From the IMG/VR virus record IMGVR_UViG_3300028044_000003, positions 47,531-111,530 of that record: DNA of 64,000 nt; one strand, given 5' to 3'. This document shows, piece after piece, positions 8,179-18,016 of the stretch. Each line of letters starts with the position of its first letter. Within the stretch, counting starts at the first letter, position 1. The position numbers and the translations under genes are program-made. This stretch comes from a virus. The notes under the pieces were generated by a model that saw only the letters and a program-made list of their open reading frames with translations, was not told the DNA's origin and searched no databases.

Positions 8179-8951
8179 TGAACGAAATTGTATTACCAAC
8201 AACTAAGATACCGGCTTCTATAAAGAGTCCTCGTAATCTTATTATTCTTTCTAAGCCTAAAACAGGTAAAACAACTCTCTTAGCAGAATTAGATAATTGT
8301 TTAATTCTTGATCTTGAAAAAGGTACAGACGGTATTGACGCTATGAAAATTCATGCGTCAAGTATTGAAGAAATTAAACAAATAGGTGAAGCTATTAAGA
8401 AAGCTAATAATCCTTATATGTATATCGCAGTCGATACTGTAACGGCTTTGGAAGAAATGTGTATACCTTATGCTGAAAAGCTTTACGCTAAGACAAGTAT
8501 GGGTAAAAACTGGTTTAAGAAAAAACCGGATGGAACCCTGGCTGAAGATAGTGGTAAAGCTACTTATAGTAGTATACTTAATTTACCCAATGGCGGTGGT
8601 TATTTTTATCTTAGAGAAGCTTTTACTAAGGTTGTAGAATTTATCAAAACATGGGCCCCAAGAACTATTCTTGTAGGACACGTTAAAGATACTTTGCTAG
8701 ACAAAGCTGGTGTAGAAGTAAGTTCTCTTGATTTAGATTTAACTGGTAAATTAAAAAGAATAAGTACCTCACAGTCGGACGCGATAGGTTATCTCTATCG
8801 TAAAAACGGAGTTAATAAAATAACTTTTAAAACTACTGATGAAATTGCATGTGGGGCTCGCCCTCCTCATTTAAGAAACGAAGAATTTGTTATCTCTGAA
8901 TTAAAGGATGACAAACTAGTTACTTATTGGGACAAAATTTATATTGATTAA
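8178..8951 (+). CDS. Sak4-like / AAA_24 P-loop ATPase (ssDNA annealing)
   Basis: SKPKTGKTT, LDLEKG, IAVDT and ILVGH motifs; lies upstream of an SSB-like gene. Confidence 0.85.
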   Translation: MNEIVLPTTKIPASIKSPRNLIILSKPKTGKTTLLAELDNCLILDLEKGTDGIDAMKIHASSIEEIKQIGEAIKKANNPYMYIAVDTVTALEEMCIPYAEKLYAKTSMGKNWFKKKPDGTLAEDSGKATYSSILNLPNGGGYFYLREAFTKVVEFIKTWAPRTILVGHVKDTLLDKAGVEVSSLDLDLTGKLKRISTSQSDAIGYLYRKNGVNKITFKTTDEIACGARPPHLRNEEFVISELKDDKLVTYWDKIYID

Positions 8952-8970
8952 TTAATAAAAACTATACAAA

Positions 8971-9639
8971 ATGGCTTTAAGTACAAAAAATGTAAACACA
9001 GGTTCGTTATCTAAAATATTCGAACCAGGTAATTTGAAGGCTGAGATTTTATCTATAGCCCTGGCACCATTCCCTTTTAAAGAAGGTTCTTATCACATCA
9101 CATTATTTATCCAAGGTTCTGAGATCGAAGGTTTTCAAGGAATCCCTGTAGACAAAGCAAATCCTGAAGGTGAAAAATACAAAGGTCAAGTGGCTTATGT
9201 AAAATCAAACGAATACGCTTATGCTGATGGTACTACTAAAAGTGGTATTAGTGTTTCTAGAGATATGGATATCTTGAAATTCGTTAAAAATGTTTGTGTA
9301 GAAAGCGGTTCGGAAGCTATAAAATGGTTTGAAGAGCAAGATAACAAACACGATACTATCGAATCTTTAATGGATAATTTTAATACAGTAAAGCCTTTCA
9401 AAGGTGTTATGTTTAATCTATGTGTTGGTGGTAGAGAATATACTAACAAACAAGGTTATCCAGCTTTTGATTTAAACTTAGTAAGACCGGCTAAAGGTGA
9501 AAAGAATTTAGAAAACGTAGGAGCTACTAACTCTAGGTTAGTAATTTTTGACTCTTCTAAACATATTAAAAAGCAAGCCCAAAAAGAGTTTAGTCAATCT
9601 GACTCTGAACCGGCATCTGACGATACATTTTCACTTTAA
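8971..9639 (+). CDS. single-stranded DNA-binding protein-like (putative)
   Basis: Follows the Sak4-like gene; acidic/aromatic C-terminal tip ASDDTFSL. Confidence 0.55.
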   Translation: MALSTKNVNTGSLSKIFEPGNLKAEILSIALAPFPFKEGSYHITLFIQGSEIEGFQGIPVDKANPEGEKYKGQVAYVKSNEYAYADGTTKSGISVSRDMDILKFVKNVCVESGSEAIKWFEEQDNKHDTIESLMDNFNTVKPFKGVMFNLCVGGREYTNKQGYPAFDLNLVRPAKGEKNLENVGATNSRLVIFDSSKHIKKQAQKEFSQSDSEPASDDTFSL

Positions 9640-9655
9640 TCATGTTTAATTTGGA

Positions 9656-9689
9656 GAGGGGAGAACGAAAGTTTTCCCCTTATTTTATT
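9656..9689 (+). terminator. intrinsic terminator
   Basis: GAGGGGAGAAC-GAAA-GTTTTCCCCTT 11-bp stem with GNRA loop and T-rich tail. Confidence 0.8.
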
Positions 9690-9691
9690 AA

Positions 9692-10642
9692 ATGCTTAGG
9701 ACAACACAATTAGATATTCCGTCTCAATGGATTTTTAAGCATTTTTTAAATTTAGATGTTGATTTAGTTGGTCAAAGTATAACTATCAAATCTCCTTTTA
9801 ATCTAAATGATAAGAATCCTAGTTTTTATTTAAAATACAATGATAATTTCCAGCAATACTTTTTTATAGATTACAATCGTAAAGTAGAAGGTAATGCCGA
9901 GACTTTTATAAAATTACTATTTAACGTATCCATTAACGAAGCTAATTCTATTATTAGAGAAGCATATAATAAAAGCGATGATACTAAAGTATATAATTGC
10001 GAGACTCAAATAGAATCTCGTAAAACCAAAATCATTGATTACAAACTTGGTTATTGGACAAATAAAAATTATAATTTTTGGTTAAAGTTTGGTATAAATA
10101 AATTTATCCTGGATTATTATAACGTTAAACCTCTTAGTGAATTTATCATTCAAAGTATAAATGGTGTTTTTACTATAAAAAGAGAAATTTTATATGGTTA
10201 TTTTGATAAATATGGTATGTTGTATAAGATATATATCCCGGATTCTGATTTTAAATTTTATGCCGTACAAGATTTTATTAGCGGTACTTGTCAATTAACT
10301 TATAAAACAGACTATTTACTCATTATGTCATCATTAAAAGATATGATGTCTTTTAAAAGTCTGAATATAGGTAATATAGAGTATGTAGCTCCTAACTCTG
10401 AGACTAGTTTTATACATCTAGGTCATATAAATGCTTATAAAGTACACTATAAAAAAATTGGTGTTTTGTTTGATAATGACTCGGCCGGTATAAACGGTAG
10501 TAAATCTTATAAAAACTATTATAACATTGACTATTTGAATTTACCTTTGTCAAAAGATGTATCAGATTCTGTTAAGGATTACGGGATTAAAAAAGTAAAA
10601 GAAGTAATTATACCAATCTTAATAAAACATTTTAAATCATGA
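9692..10642 (+). CDS. dnaG: DnaG-type DNA primase (crAss-like)
   Basis: SPF..DKNPSF N-terminal domain (no Cys ligands), TOPRIM SSLKD and FDNDSAG, KDVSD. Confidence 0.85.
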   Translation: MLRTTQLDIPSQWIFKHFLNLDVDLVGQSITIKSPFNLNDKNPSFYLKYNDNFQQYFFIDYNRKVEGNAETFIKLLFNVSINEANSIIREAYNKSDDTKVYNCETQIESRKTKIIDYKLGYWTNKNYNFWLKFGINKFILDYYNVKPLSEFIIQSINGVFTIKREILYGYFDKYGMLYKIYIPDSDFKFYAVQDFISGTCQLTYKTDYLLIMSSLKDMMSFKSLNIGNIEYVAPNSETSFIHLGHINAYKVHYKKIGVLFDNDSAGINGSKSYKNYYNIDYLNLPLSKDVSDSVKDYGIKKVKEVIIPILIKHFKS

Positions 10643-11097
10643 ATATAAAAGTTGTCAAATTAGAACCAGAAAATAAGCTCCCGGTAAAGATGTTTCCTAA
10701 AGCTGGTGCTTGGGATGTATGTTGTACAGAAATTATCAGGGAGTCTGATAATTATTATCGTTGTAAGTTAGGTCTTAAGATGACTCCGCCTCCAGGGTAT
10801 AGAATTGTATTTGTACCTCGCAGTAGTATTACTAAAACACAATGGATATTACAAAATAGTCCCGCTACTGGTGATGAAGATTTTACTGGAGAGTACGAGT
10901 TAAGATTCAAATGTATTCCGTATACATCTACTGAATCTGCTTACAAAGGTACATCTTACGAAAAGTTTCCTTTTAAAGTAGGAGATCGTATTGCTCAGAT
11001 GTATTTAGAAAAAGTTGAAGAATTTGAATTTCAAGAAGTAAATAATTTAGATGAAACAGATAGAGGAAAGGGAGGTTTTGGATCCACGGGTAACTAA
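10639..11097 (+). CDS. dut: trimeric dUTPase
   Basis: Five motifs: AGAWD, PRSS, GDEDFTGE, GDRIAQ, RGKGGFGSTG. Confidence 0.95.
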   Translation: MNIKVVKLEPENKLPVKMFPKAGAWDVCCTEIIRESDNYYRCKLGLKMTPPPGYRIVFVPRSSITKTQWILQNSPATGDEDFTGEYELRFKCIPYTSTESAYKGTSYEKFPFKVGDRIAQMYLEKVEEFEFQEVNNLDETDRGKGGFGSTGN

Positions 11098-11260
11098 TCG
11101 TATTGAACATTCTTCTAAAACATTATCAAAACTTTCTAAATTAGGTATGAAGATGTGTTCGAATTGTAATAATTTATGTAGTGATCAAGATTTTCGTTGT
11201 AAAAAATGTAAACTTCGTTTAAAATATGATAGTGACTTTAAACTGTGTAGTAAAATATGA
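11051..11260 (+). CDS. small Zn-ribbon protein (start uncertain)
   Basis: CSNC...CKKC pair; overlaps both neighbours. Confidence 0.5.
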   Translation: MKQIEEREVLDPRVTNRIEHSSKTLSKLSKLGMKMCSNCNNLCSDQDFRCKKCKLRLKYDSDFKLCSKI

Positions 11261-11525
11261 AAACAATTTTGCGAACGTTTACCATAACGATAATTTGTTA
11301 GCTTCTGAAAACCCGGAACATGCTGTTTTAAAAGTACCTCCGTTGTTTAAAAGAATAAACAATTTATCTGAAGATAAATGTGAGGGATTAGTTATTTATT
11401 TTGAGAAGGAGGGAGAAATTGTTACACCGATTATTTTAAATAAGTGTTACATATCTGTCGAAACATATCTTTTTAAAAATACTTTTGTACATTATAAATC
11501 GCAAACGGACGATTATCCGTTATAA
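11226..11525 (+). CDS. hypothetical protein
   Basis: 99-aa ORF. Confidence 0.65.
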   Translation: MIVTLNCVVKYENNFANVYHNDNLLASENPEHAVLKVPPLFKRINNLSEDKCEGLVIYFEKEGEIVTPIILNKCYISVETYLFKNTFVHYKSQTDDYPL

Positions 11526-11528
11526 CTT

Positions 11529-12035
11529 ATGATTTCTATAGGAATTGATATAGGTAAAAAAGGAGGAATCTTTATTCAAAACGATAAAGGTGATAAAGAA
11601 TCTTATAAGATGCCAATGGTAAAAGATCAGTTAGATATTTCAGGTATTTACAAAATTCTTTCTGGCTACGAAGGTATGAGAGGTATTGTAGTTTTTGAAA
11701 AACTAGCTCCTATTTTTGGATCTTCTAAAACCACGGCTTTTAGTATGGGATTTCAAGCCGGTATTATTGAAGCTTTATGTGTAAGCTTGGCTATTCGTTA
11801 TCATATCGTACCACCTAAAGCTTGGCAAAAACAAATGTTTGAAGGGGTTGATGAAATAATCAAAACCGTTAAAGGTGTTAAAAAGAGAGATACTAAATCT
11901 ATGGCTTTAATTGCTGTAAAAAGACGTCATCCTGACGTTGTACTTAAATTTTCAAACAAAGTCACAAAAGATCACGATGGTCTTGTTGACGCTATACTTC
12001 TAAGCGATTATGGAAAACTCATCTACAAAGATTGA
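11529..12035 (+). CDS. ruvC: RuvC-like Holliday junction resolvase
   Basis: IGIDIG, VVFE, VPPKAWQK and DGLVDA (RNase H fold D-E-D-D). Confidence 0.88.
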   Translation: MISIGIDIGKKGGIFIQNDKGDKESYKMPMVKDQLDISGIYKILSGYEGMRGIVVFEKLAPIFGSSKTTAFSMGFQAGIIEALCVSLAIRYHIVPPKAWQKQMFEGVDEIIKTVKGVKKRDTKSMALIAVKRRHPDVVLKFSNKVTKDHDGLVDAILLSDYGKLIYKD

Positions 12036-12462
12036 GTTTATTTCTATCGAACAGTACTATACTTTATTAAACATGCTTAACTCTCCTGACAAAGAAAATG
12101 TTACTTTGGCTCTGGGTGTTATTGATAGATTCGATTATGCTAAAAACATGATCCCTATGACTATGTTATTTAAGTATAGTAAAGTACCAGTTAATGAATG
12201 GAAAGTTTTAACTAACGGATTTTATCAGTATGTAGTTGATAAACAATTAATTAGTAGAAATTTTTCTTATACGCTTACTAAAAAACTTTATGATTTAATA
12301 GGTATAAAAAATCTAGAACATGAAGAAATTTTAGTTAAAGCTGCATTATCGGGTATTTATTCACTTATTGATAGTTTTAAATTCGGTCAGTTAAAAAATA
12401 TTATTGTCGAATACGAAGACAAATCTATTTTATTAAATAAAGAATTTGACAACAATGGATAA
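12010..12462 (+). CDS. hypothetical protein with NM-x-NS-x-D-x-x-N-x-x-LA motif
   Basis: 150-aa ORF sharing a 34-aa motif with the 15236-16366 product. Confidence 0.8.
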   Translation: MENSSTKIEFISIEQYYTLLNMLNSPDKENVTLALGVIDRFDYAKNMIPMTMLFKYSKVPVNEWKVLTNGFYQYVVDKQLISRNFSYTLTKKLYDLIGIKNLEHEEILVKAALSGIYSLIDSFKFGQLKNIIVEYEDKSILLNKEFDNNG

Positions 12463-13654
12463 AAAAACAGAATCTTTAGCAAAAGTTTGTAAAGAGTTAA
12501 TGTTAAAAGAACCTTTCTATGGATTGTTTCTTATAATGTTAAATAAATCATGGTCTAAAAAAGTACCTACTGCTGCAGTAAGTATTAATGATATAAATTA
12601 CCGTTTAGAAATAAACGAAGAGTTTTGGGAAAAGTGTAATCCTTTACAAAAAATGGGATTGCTTAAACACGAGCTTTTACACATTGGTTTTTTCCATCTT
12701 ACTAATTTTAACCATCTCTCTGATCAACGTATTCTCAATCTTGCTATGGATTGTGAGATTAACCAATACATTGATAGAGATTGGTTACCAGGAAATCCTG
12801 TATTACCGGAGTGTTTTCCAGACTTAAATCTCGATCCGAAAGAAGGTACTATTTCTTACTATGAGAAAATGATAACCGCTGCTAAGAATAATTCTTGTCC
12901 GAATTTAAAAGCTGCGTTAGAAGGTCAAGGTCAAGGTACTATACAAATAACTATGGCTGGTAATGAACCTGGAGAAATGGATATTCCGGAACACGACTGG
13001 GAAAAAGTAGAATTAGACGAGGCTACCCAAAAACTTATTGAAAAACAAACAGGTCATATACTAAACGAGTTAGCTGATCAGGTTAAAAAGTCTAGAGGTA
13101 CTATTCCTGGCGAATTTCAAAGTATTTTGGATAAGATTAATTATACCGAACCGCCTAAGTTTGATTGGAAAGGGTTTCTAAGAAGATTTTCGGGAGCTTC
13201 AGTAAAAATTTATACAAAAAAGTCTCGTAGAAAACTTAGTAAACGATACGAAGAAAACCCTGGATTAAAAATTAAACAAAAGAAACACGTTCTTGTAGCT
13301 GTAGATACTTCAGGTTCTGTAAGTAATGGTGAGTTGATTGAATTTTTTCAAGAAATAAACCATATTCACAAAACAGGAACTGATATTACTGTAGTACAGG
13401 CCGATGCTGATATAAAAGATATTAGTCCTTTTGATCCTAAAAAAGAAATAAAATTATTCGGTAGAGGAGGTACAAGTTTTGACCCGGTAGTAGAATACTA
13501 TTCAGAAAACGTTCATAAGTATACGTGTCTGATTTATCTTACTGACGGTGAAGCACCAGCCCCAGAATACAGTAGAGGAAGAATGTTATGGGTTCATTCT
13601 TCTAATTCATCTATTAATGAATCATTACCCGGAATAAAAATACAATTAAATTAG
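12446..13654 (+). CDS. DUF2201-type metallopeptidase + VWA domain protein
   Basis: HELLH zincin motif, NLAMDCEINQ, MIDAS DTSGS, GRGGT, TDG. Confidence 0.9.
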   Translation: MTTMDKKTESLAKVCKELMLKEPFYGLFLIMLNKSWSKKVPTAAVSINDINYRLEINEEFWEKCNPLQKMGLLKHELLHIGFFHLTNFNHLSDQRILNLAMDCEINQYIDRDWLPGNPVLPECFPDLNLDPKEGTISYYEKMITAAKNNSCPNLKAALEGQGQGTIQITMAGNEPGEMDIPEHDWEKVELDEATQKLIEKQTGHILNELADQVKKSRGTIPGEFQSILDKINYTEPPKFDWKGFLRRFSGASVKIYTKKSRRKLSKRYEENPGLKIKQKKHVLVAVDTSGSVSNGELIEFFQEINHIHKTGTDITVVQADADIKDISPFDPKKEIKLFGRGGTSFDPVVEYYSENVHKYTCLIYLTDGEAPAPEYSRGRMLWVHSSNSSINESLPGIKIQLN

Positions 13655-13655
13655 T

Positions 13656-15203
13656 ATGTCTAAAAAACAAGTACATCTTAACAGTAATGAACTAAAAGGG
13701 TTTCTTACTCACATGATTACAAACAACAGATTTCTTGAAGTTAATAACAAGAAAAAAGTAGCCGTAGAAATTATGGGCGAATCTGGTTTAGGTAAAACTA
13801 GCGTAGCATTACAGCTTGCTAATGAATTAAATTTGAATTTTGTAAAGTTGAACTTATCTCAGATTGAAGAGTTAGGTGACCTTGTTGGTTTCCCAATAAG
13901 ACAATTTGAGTTATGTAAGTACGAAGAAACTGTAGATAGAGCTTTACCGGTAACTGAAACGGTAACTAAAACTGTACAAATACCTGTTATTAAAACAGTT
14001 AAAAAGTTTGTTCCAAAAATAGTTACTAAAACCGGAGAAAGATTAGAATTAGTTACAGAAACAGTGATGGAATCTAAAACAGTTAAAAAACAGGTTTTAG
14101 AGAATGGTCGTATGACAATGAAAGAAGTAACTACACAAGTTCCGGTGACTAAAGAAGTAGAGAAAATGGTACCTTACGAGTATACTGAAGAAGAACACGT
14201 TGAAATAGAAGTTGAAGAAACTGTAATGATAGATGATGTTGTTACTGAATCGGTAACTCTTGGAACACAGTTTATACAACCAACTTATTCAGGATGTATT
14301 TGGGTTGATGAACAAGCTACGGAAGAGTATCTTAAAAGAGGTTATAATTTTACCGGCAACAAACGTATGTCTTACTGTCCACCAGAATGGATTGCAAACA
14401 AAGAAGGTGGTGGTATATTAATCATTGATGATTATAACAGAGCGGATCTTAGATTCTTACAAGCAATAATGGAATTGGTAGACCGTGGTGAGTATATTTC
14501 TTGGAAATTACCTTCTGACTGGCATATTATCCTTACAGCTAACCCGGATAACGGTAACTATTTAGTTAACGCTATGGATAACGCTCAAACAACTCGTTTT
14601 GTAAGCGTTAACTTAAAGTGGGATTCTGATTGTTGGGCTCAGTGGGCTGAGAAAGATGGTGTTGATACAAGATGTATAAACTTTGTGTTGTTACATCCGG
14701 ATATGATCCAAGGAGATGTTAACCCAAGAAGTGTTACAAACTTCTTTAACTGTATTAGTTCTTTGGAAGATTTCTCTAAGGAATTACCTTTGGTTCAAAT
14801 GATTGGTGAAGGTTCGGCCGGTTCAGAATTTACTACAATGTTTACGATGTTTATCAATAATAACCTTGATAAGATTGTAAATCCTAAAGAAATCTTATTT
14901 GACGATAATGAAGGTAATGTGATAAAGAAAATGAGAGATTCTTTTGGTAGAGGTGTAAACTATCGCGCAGATATCGCTTCAGTAGTAACTGCTCGTCTTA
15001 TTAACTACACTCTTTATTACGCTGAGTCTAATTCTATTACGCAACCTCAGATAAATCGTTTGATAAGAGTTTGTACAGAGAGAGAAGAGTTCTTAAGCGC
15101 AGATCTTCAGTATGTAATTGTTAAAAAGTTACTAGCTGGAAACAAGCAAAAATTTCAGAAACTTTTAGTTAACCCGGAAGTTATTACAATGGCTTCTAAA
15201 TAA
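13656..15203 (+). CDS. MoxR-family AAA+ ATPase with long beta-hairpin insertion
   Basis: Walker A GESGLGKT, DLVGFP, Walker B IIDDYNRA, sensor TANP, D.A...RF, NPRS; paired with a VWA gene. Confidence 0.9.
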   Translation: MSKKQVHLNSNELKGFLTHMITNNRFLEVNNKKKVAVEIMGESGLGKTSVALQLANELNLNFVKLNLSQIEELGDLVGFPIRQFELCKYEETVDRALPVTETVTKTVQIPVIKTVKKFVPKIVTKTGERLELVTETVMESKTVKKQVLENGRMTMKEVTTQVPVTKEVEKMVPYEYTEEEHVEIEVEETVMIDDVVTESVTLGTQFIQPTYSGCIWVDEQATEEYLKRGYNFTGNKRMSYCPPEWIANKEGGGILIIDDYNRADLRFLQAIMELVDRGEYISWKLPSDWHIILTANPDNGNYLVNAMDNAQTTRFVSVNLKWDSDCWAQWAEKDGVDTRCINFVLLHPDMIQGDVNPRSVTNFFNCISSLEDFSKELPLVQMIGEGSAGSEFTTMFTMFINNNLDKIVNPKEILFDDNEGNVIKKMRDSFGRGVNYRADIASVVTARLINYTLYYAESNSITQPQINRLIRVCTEREEFLSADLQYVIVKKLLAGNKQKFQKLLVNPEVITMASK

Positions 15204-15209
15204 AATTAA

Positions 15210-15235
15210 GGGAGGGAAACCTCCCGCTTTTATTT
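15210..15235 (+). terminator. intrinsic terminator / stem-loop
   Basis: GGGAGG-GAAA-CCTCCC followed by GCTTTTATTT. Confidence 0.7.
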
Positions 15236-16366
15236 ATGATTAAAAAAGAAAAGATTTTTTATATCCTTAATAAAAATGATAATACATTTTCTACTAGTAC
15301 ATTGAGTTATATTTCTGACCTGAGTTGCGATATGGTAGATAACTATTCTATTCAAAAAAATGATAGAATATTTTTCTTACCTGGCTGCACAGTACCTAGA
15401 TTTAAAATAAGAAATGTACTTAAAGATAATGATGCGTCAATATCTAGAACTTTAGATGGTTCTAATGTAGTAATTATGTCTAACGATACTTTTAAAAATC
15501 TATTTAAAACTATACTCTTACGTAGAGTATTTAAAGATAATTTTATACAATTTGTTTTAGCTAATCCTCAAAAGATTCAAAACGGTAATGAAATTATTGA
15601 TAGACTTAATCAATTTGAATTAGAAAATGGTGATACACGGTATGTTTATTTACATCGTAGTAATTATTATTCGTTTGTTAGACAAGGTATTTATAATAAA
15701 CCTCTTGAAGACGAGTGTCCTAGTTTTAATCAAATAAAAAACTTACACGAAAACGATGATGATTTTGATGAAAATCAACATCCGGATAATCCATGTGCTA
15801 GTGTAGATTTATTGTTTACTCAAGATGATTATGACATTGAAGTTTTAGCTGATAAGCTTTATTCTAATTCTCATAACTATTCTATAGTAGATCAAGATGA
15901 TCTTTTAAAAATTATTAATTGTAACAGTACTTTTATTGATGAAGCTAAGTATGAAGAGTTAAGAAACATGTGTAATAGTTCTGACAACTCAAACATGATT
16001 TTAGCTATGGAAATTATGAGTAATTGTGATTACGATGATTCTTATGTTTATTTAATATTACTGTTAGCTGAATATCATAAATCATTTTATACGGTTAAAG
16101 AACGAAATCACGTAAACTTTAAAAGTATGTTAGAGTATCTAGGTTTTAAACCTACGGATTTATCTCAACTGGGATTTAGTAGTTTTATAGAAGGTATGAA
16201 AACTAAAGGTAAGTTTACAAAAACTAATTGTGACTTATTATTAAATCGTTTAATTAAGCATTGTACCTCTTATAGCGGTAGGGACTATGTAGTCATTTCG
16301 AGCGATTATACAGATGTATTAATTTTACCAAAAGAAGAATGTTTAGACCCAGAATCTAATGACTAA
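15236..16366 (+). CDS. hypothetical protein with possible N-terminal BRCT-like domain and shared C-terminal motif
   Basis: IFFLPGCTVPRFKIR...ISRTLDGSNVVI resembles BRCT; motif shared with ORF 12010. Confidence 0.6.
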   Translation: MIKKEKIFYILNKNDNTFSTSTLSYISDLSCDMVDNYSIQKNDRIFFLPGCTVPRFKIRNVLKDNDASISRTLDGSNVVIMSNDTFKNLFKTILLRRVFKDNFIQFVLANPQKIQNGNEIIDRLNQFELENGDTRYVYLHRSNYYSFVRQGIYNKPLEDECPSFNQIKNLHENDDDFDENQHPDNPCASVDLLFTQDDYDIEVLADKLYSNSHNYSIVDQDDLLKIINCNSTFIDEAKYEELRNMCNSSDNSNMILAMEIMSNCDYDDSYVYLILLLAEYHKSFYTVKERNHVNFKSMLEYLGFKPTDLSQLGFSSFIEGMKTKGKFTKTNCDLLLNRLIKHCTSYSGRDYVVISSDYTDVLILPKEECLDPESND

Positions 16367-17396
16367 TCAAATCGATGTTAACGTTCTTGAAAATGAGTTT
16401 AAGAACACCCCTTTATTTCTTAGTTATTCTTCTCTTAGCAAACTTCACTATTCTCCTAAACTTTATTACAAACATTATGTACTAAAAGAAAAAGAAGAAG
16501 ATGAAGAGCGTTATACGGAAGGAAAGCTCATACACTCATTACTCCTGGATAACGGGAGTTTTGATGAAAAGTTTTTACTATCTCCGGGCACTTTACCTGG
16601 TGATAATAATAAACTGATAATTGATAATATTTATAAAATACACTTGGAAGTTAATGATGGTAGAACTTTGTTGTCTGATTACTTTAATGAGATTCTTGTT
16701 TTACTATTATCAATGAATTTACACCAATCTCTTGTAGACGATAAAAAACCAGTTAACGGTGTATCACGTACAGGTGATCAAAAACGACTTGAAAAAATAC
16801 TTACTACACAGAATGAAGAGTACTTTGAACACTTAAAAGTTAAAAAAGATAGACACATAATTGATGCCGAAACTTTAGATAGATGCGCTAAAATTGTAGA
16901 TATACTTAAGACCGAATCAAGAACTAAGGATTTATTAAAGTTGGATAATTATGATGATAATATTCAAGTGTTTAATGAGAAAGAAATAAAAATATCTCAA
17001 GAAGGATTACCATTTGGTTTTAGAGGGTTCTTAGATAATTATACTGTTGATTATGGTAAAAAGATGGTTATTGTTAACGATCTCAAAACAACTAGTAAAT
17101 CAATAGTTTATTTTGTAGAAACGATTGAAATCTATAACTACTGGATTCAGGCCGCGATATATAAAAAGCTTATTCAACACGAGTTAAAAGATATTCTTAC
17201 TAAAGAATGGACAATTTCTTTTAATTTTATCGTTGTAGATAAATTCGAACAAGTATATTCTTTTCCTGTTTCGGACGAAACTATGACTCTCTGGGAGGAG
17301 AGATTAGACGATATTATTAAAAAAGCTTCGTGGCACATAGAAAATATGTATTTTAAATTACCATACGACTATGCCCATGACCTTGTAATTCTTTAA
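16359..17396 (+). CDS. PD-(D/E)XK exonuclease (RecE/ExoVIII-like)
   Basis: LSYSSL, G.LIH..LL, NE, RGFLD, VNDLKTT, Y.IQAAIY. Confidence 0.88.
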   Translation: MTNQIDVNVLENEFKNTPLFLSYSSLSKLHYSPKLYYKHYVLKEKEEDEERYTEGKLIHSLLLDNGSFDEKFLLSPGTLPGDNNKLIIDNIYKIHLEVNDGRTLLSDYFNEILVLLLSMNLHQSLVDDKKPVNGVSRTGDQKRLEKILTTQNEEYFEHLKVKKDRHIIDAETLDRCAKIVDILKTESRTKDLLKLDNYDDNIQVFNEKEIKISQEGLPFGFRGFLDNYTVDYGKKMVIVNDLKTTSKSIVYFVETIEIYNYWIQAAIYKKLIQHELKDILTKEWTISFNFIVVDKFEQVYSFPVSDETMTLWEERLDDIIKKASWHIENMYFKLPYDYAHDLVIL

Positions 17397-17397
17397 C

Positions 17398-17985
17398 ATG
17401 AAGAGTAACTTTTCTTTGTATAGAAATTATTCCCAGAAAAGTAGGATATTTTTATATCCTGCTCTGGGGATAAAAAGAAGTAGTAGTGTAAAACCTATTC
17501 AAACTTATATTACTATTGAAGGAAGATACGGTTTGGAAGATTACTGTTTAACAGCAACTTTTCAAATCAGAACGGATGACGAATATAAACTATTTATAAA
17601 AAATGTTTTGAAAGGTAATAAATATTTTAAGGAAGCTTTTGAAATAACTAACGAAGAAAAGATTATAATTGTATTTAATTTAATAGATTTTAAAAAAGAT
17701 TGGGATAGTTTTATATTAGGTAAGTATTCTAAACTTTCGGTTTATCAGAAAAATAATATCTTAAGTTTTTATAAAACTAACCCCAATAGTTTAGCTTACA
17801 TTGAAAGTTATTTGTACCCTTACAAGTATAATCGATTGTACGCAGATGCTTTGAGTTCTTCCGAACAGGAGGCCGATAAGATGTACATATTGTTGAAACA
17901 AGTTGGAGAATTATGCTCTAAACCTGATTTAGAAAAAGAAAATTTAGTGGTAGATGTATCAAAATTAGTTTTAGTAGAAAAATAA
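17398..17985 (+). CDS. hypothetical protein
   Basis: 195-aa ORF. Confidence 0.8.
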   Translation: MKSNFSLYRNYSQKSRIFLYPALGIKRSSSVKPIQTYITIEGRYGLEDYCLTATFQIRTDDEYKLFIKNVLKGNKYFKEAFEITNEEKIIIVFNLIDFKKDWDSFILGKYSKLSVYQKNNILSFYKTNPNSLAYIESYLYPYKYNRLYADALSSSEQEADKMYILLKQVGELCSKPDLEKENLVVDVSKLVLVEK

Positions 17986-18016
17986 TTCTTAACTTGCGCT
18001 TATTAAAACCAACACT

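Noticed and set aside
13914-14297. MoxR insertion as an intein
   Set aside because: There is no C-terminal His-Asn before a nucleophile and no HINT or LAGLIDADG blocks; the composition fits a beta-hairpin
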